Source: an uncultured Myxococcales bacterium
Lineage (GTDB): Bacteria; Myxococcota_A; UBA9160; UBA4427
Direction of reading: 5' to 3'
NCBI GenBank assembly: GCA_965603475.1
Contig: CBFDDD010000002.1
Location: 57,531 to 121,530 of the forward strand
DNA length: 64,000 nt
A model generated the notes under the pieces. The model worked only from the letters and a program-made list of their open reading frames with translations, ran no database searches and had not been told where the DNA came from. This document shows, piece by piece, positions 9,825 through 18,576 of the stretch (position 1 is the first letter of the stretch; each line of letters begins with the position of its first letter). The translations under genes and the position numbers were made by a program.

Positions 9825-11113
9825 GCGCGAAGGACGAAAGAACGCGCGTTGTGATCACGGGTCTCGGTGTAATCGCCCCGAATGCGAACGGGGTTGCCGA
9901 CTTTGATATGGCATTGCGCAAGGGTCAATCCGGGCTGAAGCACCAGGAGAAGATGGCCGAGGCGAAATTCGGCTGCACAGTCGCCGGGACTCCCGTTGGG
10001 GTGGACGCGCTTTGCGACGAAACCTTCACGCAAGAACAGCTTCTCGCAATGAACATGAATCAGCGTTATGCGAGTCTGGCAGCGATCGAAGCCTGGGAGG
10101 ATGCCGGTCTCGCGCGACCCACTGAAGATTCAGATGAGGTCGACTGGCGAACCGGAGCGATTCTCGGCACGGGTATCGGCGGAATGGACACGATTGCCGA
10201 AAAGGTCGTTCCGTTTACGGACGCAGGTAAGGTTCGAAGGATGGGATCGACCTGCGTCGAGCAGGTGATGGCGAGCGGAATTTCGGCTCGTCTCTCGGGG
10301 TTGCTCGCCCTTGGCAATCAAGTGACGACCAATTCCAGCGCATGCAGTACCGGCACTGAGGCGCTTTCCATGGGGATGGAGCGAATTCGCGCTGGGCTCG
10401 CGGATCGCATGCTCTGCGGTGGAGCCGAAGCGGCGAGTCACTACATCTGGTCGGGCTTCGACGCGATGCGCGTACTGAACCGGGGCTCGAACGACGAGCC
10501 GGAGAAGGCTTCACGACCCCTCAGCGCTTCGGCCGGCGGATTCATTCCGGGTTCGGGTGCGGGTGTCGTTCTACTCGAGAGCCTCGAGAGCGCGCAGGGT
10601 CGTGGCGCACATATCCATGCTGAACTGATCGGCTCGAGTTTGAACTGTGGCGGCCATAGAATGGGCGGCAGTATGACGGCACCCAATCCGACCAGTGTTC
10701 AACGATGCATCGGAGATGCGCTGGCCGATGCGGGCGTCCATCCCGATCAGGTCGATGCGATCAACGGTCATTTGACGGCGACGGGTGCGGATCCCAAGGA
10801 GGTCGCTGCCTGGGCAAAAGCGCTCGGACGGGCGCCGGGAACCCTGCCGCCGATCACGGCGACCAAGAGTATGATCGGTCATGCTCTCGGAGCGGCTGGG
10901 GGCATCGAATCCGTTGCTTCTGCTTTGATGGTGGAGCGCGGGTATGTGCATCCCAGCATCAATTGTGAGGATGTACATCCAGATATCGAGATGCACGCTG
11001 CGTCGATTCCGCATAGCGCACTCGACTTGCCAGATCTCGACATTCTGGTCAAGGCGGGTTTCGGTTTCGGAGACGTCAACGCCTGTCTGGTTTTCAAGCG
11101 CTACAAGGCGTAG
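9821..11113 (+). CDS. fabF: Beta-ketoacyl-ACP synthase (FabF/FabB family)
   Basis: VVITGLG; Cys-His-His triad (SACSTG, INGHLT, KSMIGH); GFGFG. Start at ATG 9821, overlapping the fabZ stop. Confidence 0.85.
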   Translation: MSAKDERTRVVITGLGVIAPNANGVADFDMALRKGQSGLKHQEKMAEAKFGCTVAGTPVGVDALCDETFTQEQLLAMNMNQRYASLAAIEAWEDAGLARPTEDSDEVDWRTGAILGTGIGGMDTIAEKVVPFTDAGKVRRMGSTCVEQVMASGISARLSGLLALGNQVTTNSSACSTGTEALSMGMERIRAGLADRMLCGGAEAASHYIWSGFDAMRVLNRGSNDEPEKASRPLSASAGGFIPGSGAGVVLLESLESAQGRGAHIHAELIGSSLNCGGHRMGGSMTAPNPTSVQRCIGDALADAGVHPDQVDAINGHLTATGADPKEVAAWAKALGRAPGTLPPITATKSMIGHALGAAGGIESVASALMVERGYVHPSINCEDVHPDIEMHAASIPHSALDLPDLDILVKAGFGFGDVNACLVFKRYKA

Positions 11114-11179
11114 CGCTCGTGCGACTCGTCAGAAGGCGAGCCGAAGAATTTTCTGGGACGAAGTATAGGAGTGGAAGTG

Positions 11180-11425
11180 ATGGAACAGTCGGAAGTCATG
11201 GAGCGAGTGGTCAAGATTCTCACACCGTGGGTGAAGGATGAGGCGGCGTTGGGCAAGGTCTCGATGGAGACCAATATTCTCGAAGACCTGAAGGTCAACT
11301 CGGCGCGACTCGTCGATGTCGTGATCGCCTTCGAGGACGATTTCGATATCGAGATCGCTGATGAGGACGTCGACCAGGTGAATACGGTCGGTGACGCGGT
11401 CAACCTTATCTCGGGGAAACTCTAG
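11180..11425 (+). CDS. acpP: Acyl carrier protein
   Basis: Small acidic protein, EDLKVNSARLVDVVIAFEDDFDIEI...TVGDAV; AGGAG RBS 8 nt before ATG 11180. Confidence 0.88.
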   Translation: MEQSEVMERVVKILTPWVKDEAALGKVSMETNILEDLKVNSARLVDVVIAFEDDFDIEIADEDVDQVNTVGDAVNLISGKL

Positions 11426-11510
11426 TCCGATATCGGACCTGATCGGGCGAGATGAACTGCGGGCGGATCGTGTGACTGTGGCCAGAAGACCAACAGTCAA
11501 GAATTCGGGG

Positions 11511-12239
11511 ATGGTGCGACGACACGCGCGGCAGCGTGTTATCAGCATGATTGCGGCACCGGTATGGCTTCTACTTCCAGTGCTCGCGCTCCGATTTTAT
11601 TTTCGATACCGGATCGCGAATGTCCAATCGGTTCGAGCGCAGTACAGGCGAATTCACGCCGAGTCGAACGCACCGATGCTGATCTGCGCAAATCATTTGA
11701 CGCTGATCGACTCCTTTCTTGTCGCATGGGCGTTGGGATCGGGGTTCTATTGGCTTCGCCACCCCGATGAGTTGCCGTGGAACACGCCAGAGAGCACGAA
11801 TTTCGGGAAGACCCGGATTTCACGGATGCTGATCTTCGTCATGAAATGTATTTCGATCACTCGGGGTGGTCCGCGCGAAGACGTTGGCGTTGTCCTCGAG
11901 CGCGTGAAATATCTGCTCTTGAATGGCGAGACCGCACTGCTCTTTCCCGAGGCGGGGCGAAGTCGATCGGGTCGCGTAGAGGAAGATGCTGCTGCCTGGG
12001 GCGTTGGTCGCGTTATTGGCGCGGTTCCTCGCTGCCGCGTGCTGTGTGTCTATCTGCGGGGTCGCCAGCAAGCAACATGGAGCGATACTCCAGCAAAGGG
12101 CGACACGCTGGATGTGTCGCTCGTATGTATCGAGCCAAAGAGCGATGCGAAAGGCGTACGTCGCTCTCGCGATCTAGCCAAACAAGTGACAGGTCAGCTG
12201 GTGAGGATGGAGGGAGACTATTTCGATGCTCGGCAATGA
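11511..12239 (+). CDS. PlsC-like (LPLAT) acyltransferase
   Basis: HX4D motif (ANHLTLIDS); FPEAGRS; N-terminal hydrophobic segment. Start uncertain (GTG 11478 or ATG 11511). Confidence 0.8.
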   Translation: MVRRHARQRVISMIAAPVWLLLPVLALRFYFRYRIANVQSVRAQYRRIHAESNAPMLICANHLTLIDSFLVAWALGSGFYWLRHPDELPWNTPESTNFGKTRISRMLIFVMKCISITRGGPREDVGVVLERVKYLLLNGETALLFPEAGRSRSGRVEEDAAAWGVGRVIGAVPRCRVLCVYLRGRQQATWSDTPAKGDTLDVSLVCIEPKSDAKGVRRSRDLAKQVTGQLVRMEGDYFDARQ

Positions 12240-12951
12240 CATCGTTGATCTCCGGGATTCCGATGCTCGTCCCGAGAGCTTTCGTGCGCGTTTCGACGAT
12301 CGCGTCTTCTCCGCCGAGGAGCAACGTGCGATCGCGCAAGATTCGAATCCTCTCGCGCGCCGCTGGGCCCACTGGGGAGCCAAGGAAGCGGCGTACAAAC
12401 TTGCGAAGCAGTTTGATTCGAGATTCGTGTTCACTCCCGGACGACTGGTCGCTCACTATGTCGACGACGAAAACAATGTCGCTTTGTCGCGCCGCGTCGT
12501 TTCTCGACTTGAACGGCGAGGCGAGCTTGAATTGCCATTCCCACTCCCGCAAGGAACGCGCATGCTGGAGTTGCGGAGCTTTGAAACCCCCGATCGAGTT
12601 CATGTCGTCGCTGTGCCCCAGGGTTCGGATTGGGGTGCTGTCGAAGTGGCTGTAGAGGCGCTCGACCGCAACTCGGATGACCCGAGCGTGGCGGTTCGCG
12701 CTTTGGCGATTCGTGGGATCAGCCGTAGCCTCGGCATAGCGCCAGGGCGACTCAGTATCGGTCGTGAGGGTCGAATACCCACTGTTGAACTCGATGGGTT
12801 GCGAACTCCCCTGTCTCTTTCGCTCTCCCATCACGGGGGTTGGATCGCCTATGCGATGAGGCTTCGGATGGACTTTCAAAACCAATCGATCTGGACCGAA
12901 GACCAGACAGATTCTGCTGCCCGAGCGGCGGGGGCGGTGTGGACTCCATGA
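12226..12951 (+). CDS. 4'-phosphopantetheinyl transferase (Sfp/AcpS superfamily)
   Basis: LGNDIVDL; WGAKEAAYK; C-terminal LSLSHHG; overlaps both neighbouring genes. Confidence 0.85.
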   Translation: MLGNDIVDLRDSDARPESFRARFDDRVFSAEEQRAIAQDSNPLARRWAHWGAKEAAYKLAKQFDSRFVFTPGRLVAHYVDDENNVALSRRVVSRLERRGELELPFPLPQGTRMLELRSFETPDRVHVVAVPQGSDWGAVEVAVEALDRNSDDPSVAVRALAIRGISRSLGIAPGRLSIGREGRIPTVELDGLRTPLSLSLSHHGGWIAYAMRLRMDFQNQSIWTEDQTDSAARAAGAVWTP

Positions 12952-15900
12952 CGAGTGAAAAGCCGGGTCTGCGGAAAATCGAACGTCTCGCGATCGTCAA
13001 TCGAGGCGAAGCGGCTGTTCGATGTCTTCGCACAGCAAAAAGTCTTCGCGAATGCGAAGGTGGCGGTCTCGAGATCATCGCGCTGTATACGCCGCCGGAT
13101 CGCGATGCGCCATTTGTGAAACAAGCCGATCGGGCAGTCCTACTACCCACGGAAAACGGCGCAGTCGCGGCCTATCTCGATCATGATGCGCTGCTCGCGG
13201 CATTGCGCGAGGTTGGAGCCGATGCTGTCTGGCCTGGCTGGGGTTTCGTTGCTGAAGATCCGGTTTTCGTCGACAGGCTGACGAGTGAAGGAATCGTGTT
13301 TCTCGGTCCAACTGCCGACGCTATGCGAATGCTCGGCGACAAAATCACTTCCAAGCACCTCGCGGAAAAGGCCGGTGTACCGGTTACGGAATGGAGCGGC
13401 GGCGAAGTCGTGGATGAAGCCGAAGCGCTCGTGCATGCCGAGCGGATCGGTTTTCCGGTCGTGCTCAAGGCGACCGCCGGCGGCGGTGGCCGCGGTATCC
13501 GAATGGTCGAGAAAGCGGGCGAGCTCGCCGATGCTTTTCGGTCCGCTCAGTCGGAAGCGGTATCGGCGTTTGGCAACGGAGCACTCTTCGTCGAATCGAT
13601 GGTTCGCGATGGCCGCCATATAGAGGTCCAGATCGCGGCGGACCGTCACGGCCATGCGCTCGCCGTCGGTTGTCGCGACTGTTCTGTCCAACGACGTCAT
13701 CAGAAGGTCCTCGAAGAAGCTCCGCCTCCCGGCGTTTCAGACGACATGATTCGGCGGCTGGAAGAGTCGGCCATTCGACTGGTCGAACACGTCGGCTATC
13801 ACGGAGTCGGTACTGTCGAGTTCTTGCTGACAGGTGATGATTTCTTTTTCCTCGAGGTCAATCCCCGCCTTCAGGTCGAGCATGGCATTACGGAGCTCAT
13901 CGCGGGTATCGATCTCGTCGAACTCCAGATCCGCATCGCACGCGGTGAATCGATCGCCGACACTAGGGTTCAACAACGGGGGATTGCGCTCGAGGCACGC
14001 CTCAATGCCGAGGACCCCGATGAGGGTTTCCTGCCTTCACCCGGTCGGATCGCACTCTTTGAGCCCGCCCTCGGACCGAATACTCGCATCGACTCCGGCG
14101 TCACGACAAATAGTGTTATTTCTTCGGAATTCGATTCTCTGATCGCGAAGGTGATCGCGAGTGGTGATGACCGGGCAGAAGTGATCGCGCGACTTTCCTG
14201 CGCGCTGCGAGATCTCGAGCTGGTTGTCGAGGGCGGTGCAACCAACAAGGGCTATCTGCTCGATATCCTCGCGAGTGACGATTTTCGAGCAGGCGGCGTA
14301 GATACCCGCTGGCTGGATCGTTGGGGCGAAGATCGACAGAGCATCACGCTTTCGCATCCCGTCTTGACACAGGATGCCCTTGTCGCCGCGGCGATTCTCG
14401 CCTATCAGCGAACTCGCGCGACACTGCGCACGGGAATATTCGGTGGACGAGGGAGTGGAGATCGCCTGCCTTCTTCCGAGGGTCAGCAGATCGATCTTAC
14501 TTTTGGCACGGAAAGCTATCGGCTCAAAGTCTACGCGATCGGCTCCTGGCGGTATCGAGTCCATCTCGAAGGTGCCGCCGTCGGTGCGACGATGCGAGAA
14601 GAGGGGGCACATGCCGGCCGTCTGATCATCGATGATCGTATTCGCCGCATCATCCACGACGTCAATGATCGGGGATTGCGTCTCGAAGTAGATGGTCATC
14701 CGTTGCGCTTCGGTTCGCAGACTGCAGGCCAGGTTCGCTCGAGCACGCCCGCCGTCGTCGTCGCCATCCAGGTTGAGGTCGGCCAGAGCGTTGCGGTTGG
14801 AGATCCGCTCGGTCTACTCGAAGCAATGAAAATGGAAATTGGATTCCAGGCACCGGTTGCGGGGACGATCAAAGAAATTCTCGTCCAGAAGGGACAGCAG
14901 GTCGCCGCTGGAGACCTGATTCTGGTCATCGAGGAATCGGCGACGGACGCAGAAGACGCGCCGGCACGTACCCGGCTGAGTCTTCCGGCCCAGGTCGATC
15001 CGCTCGCGCGGCTCTTCCAATCGCAGACTCATGAGGATGGTCATCGCGTGCTCGGAGCACCCGACCTGTCGGCTGCGGACCAGGCAGATCTTGCATCGCG
15101 GCGGGTCGCGATCGACGCGGCTCGGGAGGAGATCCGCCGGGTTCTTCTTGGCTACGACGCGAACCCAGACCGTGCCGAATTGCTCGCATCCTTTCTCGAA
15201 GCGCCTCTCCCGGAGACCATCTCGGAGAGTTTCAGTCGCGAGCTCGCAGAAATTCGCCATGAGGTCACGACCTTTGCGGATGTCGAACAGCTCTTCATCC
15301 GTTCCCCGAACGCCTCGATTTCGGGACAATCCGGACCTTCGAACGCCGCTCGTCTACGCATGTACCTGCGGCGGATCGAGGCGGAAGGGTCCGGGATCGA
15401 CGAGAGTTTTCTTGATCTCGTACGGGCAGCGTTGTCGCATTATGGTGTTTCAGACCTCGCCCCGACCGACGCACTGAGCCGTGCGTTGCTGCGTATCCTG
15501 ACGTGCCAGGTAGACAAGAAGCTTCGCCTCAGCCTGATCCTGGGGGTTCTTCGTCGAATTACGGTTTTGGCCCAGCGAGGCATCTACATGGGTGACGACG
15601 ACCGTCTCGCCCGCGCGCTCAACCGTATTGCACGCATGCGTCCCCAGGTAACGGATACCGTTGCTGATGCAGCACTCGAATCCGCCTATATGGTGTTCCT
15701 GCAGCCCGGCATCGAGGAGCGCGCGAAGCGGTCGTCCAGCACAGTCGAGGATTGGCTTGCCGCTGCAGAAGTGGACCTCATTGCACCACCGGCTGGTGTA
15801 TTGCTGGAAGTCGCATCGTCGCCACGACTCGTCTTCGAGAGAGTGGGTCGCTGGATTGGGGGTTCAGATACGAATCGTCGGGCCATCGCTCTAGCGGCTC

Positions 15901-18569
15901 ACGTGCAGCGTCGATATGCGCCGTGTACCCCCGATGCGTATAGAGCGGTACGCGTCGATGGAGAACCGATTCACTGCGTGGAGTACAAAGACAAAGGCGT
16001 CGTTCTGGCGGCGACGGGCGGAGCATCGGAAACGAGCCTATGGATGGATCGTCTCGTACGTGGAGCCGATTCGCTTCTCGATCGCGATCCGGAGACTCCG
16101 ATCGTTGCACTCGAGTATCTGATGCCGGCCGGCGACGAACTCGATTGGGACGAGGTCATGGGTGCGGTCCAGAAGGCTTATTCGGACAGGGAGCTTGGCT
16201 GGCGTATGACAATCGGTGTTCTGACACCGGATGGAGAAGGTGACGTCTATCGAACCCTCATTAGGCGAGGAGGTCGGCTCGAGATTGCACTCGAACATCA
16301 CGACCTACATCCGGAAACCGCTGGGCGGATCGCGCTCGATCGATATGAAGCTTTTGATCTAGAGCGACTACAGGCCGAAGAGGGGACCTACGCCTTCTAT
16401 GGCCGCGCACGCAATGTGCCGGGTGACGAACGTGTGATCGTGCTCGCGGACGCACGAGATCGTTCGCCCGAACCGGGTCGCGAACTCTATCACCATCTTG
16501 CGACCTTCGAGCGAGTCTTCAATCGCGCAGCCAGACGCCTCCGCACGGTTCTTCAGACCCATGACCCACGTCGCCGTCTGCAGTGGAATCGCATCGCGAT
16601 ATTCATCGCTCCGTCGATCTTCGTCGATCAGGAAGTCGCGAGTGATATCGCGAGACGGCTCGCGCCGGCGACTCGACATCTGGGCCTGGAAAAGGTCATC
16701 GTCAAATTGAATCGACTCGATCGGGAGAATCCAGACCAGCCCGCCGCGCCCTGGGAACTCGTGATCACGGACACAGGAGAACAGCTCGAAGTCGTCTGGC
16801 GAGAGCCGCATAGCACGCCGCTGGCGCCGACGCAGGAATACGAGAGAAGGGTTGTCGCCGCTCGCCGAAGAAAGCTGATCTACCCATACGAGATCGTGAA
16901 GATGCTCACGAGCGAGGCGCCCGACGGATCGCGTGCCGACGGGTCTTTCGAGGAATACGACCTCGACGAGCAGAACCCGACCCCGGTCGCGGTGAGCGTT
17001 GCGGATCGTCCCTATGGTCAGAATCGCTCTGCGGTCGTTTTCGGTCTGATTCGTACGCCCACCGAGAAGGTGCCCGAGGGCATGTTGCGCGTGCTCGTGC
17101 TTTCGGATCCAACCATGGGAATGGGAGCGCTTTCGGCTCCGGAATGCGACCGATTGGTTGCAGCATTTGATCTTGCAGAGAGTCTAGGCGTGCCCCTCGA
17201 GTGGGTACCTGTGTCATCGGGCGCGAAAATCGCGATGGATAGCGGGACCGAGAATCTCGACGCGACGGCCCGTGTCGTTCGCCGTATCGTCACGTTCACA
17301 CAGAGCGGTGGCATCGTGCACGTGATCGTGCAGGGCGTCAACGTGGGTGCGCAAAGCTATTTCGATGCTCTCGCAACAATGCTGACACACACGAGTGGTG
17401 TGCTCATCATGACGCAGAATGCATCGATGGTGTTGACCGGTCGTGCGGCACTCGAAGCGTCGGGTGCCGTTTCCGCTGAAGACGAGATCGCAATCGGCGG
17501 ATTCGAACGGATCATGGGTCCAAATGGTGAGGCGCAGTACTTCGCGCGAAATCTCGCCGACGCCTATCGCATCCTCTACGACCACTATCGATATACCTAC
17601 ATCGTGCCCGGAGAAAACGCTCCGCGTCCCTTCGTGACGACCGATAATCGAACGCGATCGGTCGGGGATTCGTCGATTGCGAGCGCTGATTCCGATGGAC
17701 TCGCAACGGTTGGTGAAATTTTCGACAATGAGACGAACCCGGGACGGAAGCGCCCCTTCGCGATGCGCGGCGTGATGAGCGCGTTGATCGATGTCGACGG
17801 CGGCCATCTCGAGCGCTGGAATGCCTGGGTCGGAGCGGAGACTGCAATCATCTGGGATGCACATGTCGGCGGGCACCCGGTTTCGCTGATCGGAATCGAA
17901 AGTCGCAATGTTCCGCGGGACGGCTACCGCCCAGTCGATGGACCCGAAAGCTGGAACGGCGGTACGCTGTTTCCGCAATCGTCGAAAAAGGTTGCGCGCG
18001 CGATCAATGCTGCGAGCGGAAACCGCCCGATCGTCGTGTTGGCCAATCTATCCGGCTTCGATGGATCACCGGAATCCCTACGAAAGATGCAGCTGGAGAA
18101 TGGTGCCGAGATTGCGCGGGCAGTCGTCAATTTCCAGGGTCCGATCTACTTCGTCGTCGTTTCCCGCTACCACGGTGGTGCGTACGTCGTGTTTTCCCAG
18201 GAACTGAACGACAACATGAAAGCAGCCGCGCTGTCGGGTTCATATGCATCGGTCATCGGCGGCGGACCGGCCGCTGCGGTGGTATTCGGACGCGAAGTTC
18301 GTGCGCAGGCTCTCGACGATCCCCGAGTGAAGGACAAGACCGAGATTGCTCGACGAAATCCGACCGAGATGAATAGGGCGGCGCTCGAATCGGTGCTACG
18401 AGAAGTCACCTTGGAAAAGCAGGCGTCGATGGCCGTGGAATTCGATTCGGTCCACACCGTCGAGCGCGCTCGTGAGGTTGGTTCGCTTTCCGAAATCTTC
18501 GAGCCTGCTGAGCTGCGGCCTCGCGTGATTGCGGCCCTGGAAGAGTCGCTTAGCGACGCTTCCGGTTAG
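12948..18569 (+). CDS. Single-chain multidomain acyl-CoA (acetyl-CoA) carboxylase: BC-BCCP-central domain-CT
   Basis: BC motifs (NRGEAAVR, GGGGRGIR, RDCSVQRRHQK, EVNPRLQVEH); biotin site EAMKME; CT motifs (SSGAKI, GVNVGAQSY, ANLSGFDGS, RYHGGAYVVFS). ATG 12948 overlaps the PPTase stop; 1873 aa. Confidence 0.9.
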   Translation: MTSEKPGLRKIERLAIVNRGEAAVRCLRTAKSLRECEGGGLEIIALYTPPDRDAPFVKQADRAVLLPTENGAVAAYLDHDALLAALREVGADAVWPGWGFVAEDPVFVDRLTSEGIVFLGPTADAMRMLGDKITSKHLAEKAGVPVTEWSGGEVVDEAEALVHAERIGFPVVLKATAGGGGRGIRMVEKAGELADAFRSAQSEAVSAFGNGALFVESMVRDGRHIEVQIAADRHGHALAVGCRDCSVQRRHQKVLEEAPPPGVSDDMIRRLEESAIRLVEHVGYHGVGTVEFLLTGDDFFFLEVNPRLQVEHGITELIAGIDLVELQIRIARGESIADTRVQQRGIALEARLNAEDPDEGFLPSPGRIALFEPALGPNTRIDSGVTTNSVISSEFDSLIAKVIASGDDRAEVIARLSCALRDLELVVEGGATNKGYLLDILASDDFRAGGVDTRWLDRWGEDRQSITLSHPVLTQDALVAAAILAYQRTRATLRTGIFGGRGSGDRLPSSEGQQIDLTFGTESYRLKVYAIGSWRYRVHLEGAAVGATMREEGAHAGRLIIDDRIRRIIHDVNDRGLRLEVDGHPLRFGSQTAGQVRSSTPAVVVAIQVEVGQSVAVGDPLGLLEAMKMEIGFQAPVAGTIKEILVQKGQQVAAGDLILVIEESATDAEDAPARTRLSLPAQVDPLARLFQSQTHEDGHRVLGAPDLSAADQADLASRRVAIDAAREEIRRVLLGYDANPDRAELLASFLEAPLPETISESFSRELAEIRHEVTTFADVEQLFIRSPNASISGQSGPSNAARLRMYLRRIEAEGSGIDESFLDLVRAALSHYGVSDLAPTDALSRALLRILTCQVDKKLRLSLILGVLRRITVLAQRGIYMGDDDRLARALNRIARMRPQVTDTVADAALESAYMVFLQPGIEERAKRSSSTVEDWLAAAEVDLIAPPAGVLLEVASSPRLVFERVGRWIGGSDTNRRAIALAAHVQRRYAPCTPDAYRAVRVDGEPIHCVEYKDKGVVLAATGGASETSLWMDRLVRGADSLLDRDPETPIVALEYLMPAGDELDWDEVMGAVQKAYSDRELGWRMTIGVLTPDGEGDVYRTLIRRGGRLEIALEHHDLHPETAGRIALDRYEAFDLERLQAEEGTYAFYGRARNVPGDERVIVLADARDRSPEPGRELYHHLATFERVFNRAARRLRTVLQTHDPRRRLQWNRIAIFIAPSIFVDQEVASDIARRLAPATRHLGLEKVIVKLNRLDRENPDQPAAPWELVITDTGEQLEVVWREPHSTPLAPTQEYERRVVAARRRKLIYPYEIVKMLTSEAPDGSRADGSFEEYDLDEQNPTPVAVSVADRPYGQNRSAVVFGLIRTPTEKVPEGMLRVLVLSDPTMGMGALSAPECDRLVAAFDLAESLGVPLEWVPVSSGAKIAMDSGTENLDATARVVRRIVTFTQSGGIVHVIVQGVNVGAQSYFDALATMLTHTSGVLIMTQNASMVLTGRAALEASGAVSAEDEIAIGGFERIMGPNGEAQYFARNLADAYRILYDHYRYTYIVPGENAPRPFVTTDNRTRSVGDSSIASADSDGLATVGEIFDNETNPGRKRPFAMRGVMSALIDVDGGHLERWNAWVGAETAIIWDAHVGGHPVSLIGIESRNVPRDGYRPVDGPESWNGGTLFPQSSKKVARAINAASGNRPIVVLANLSGFDGSPESLRKMQLENGAEIARAVVNFQGPIYFVVVSRYHGGAYVVFSQELNDNMKAAALSGSYASVIGGGPAAAVVFGREVRAQALDDPRVKDKTEIARRNPTEMNRAALESVLREVTLEKQASMAVEFDSVHTVERAREVGSLSEIFEPAELRPRVIAALEESLSDASG

Positions 18570-18576
18570 TCCCAAA

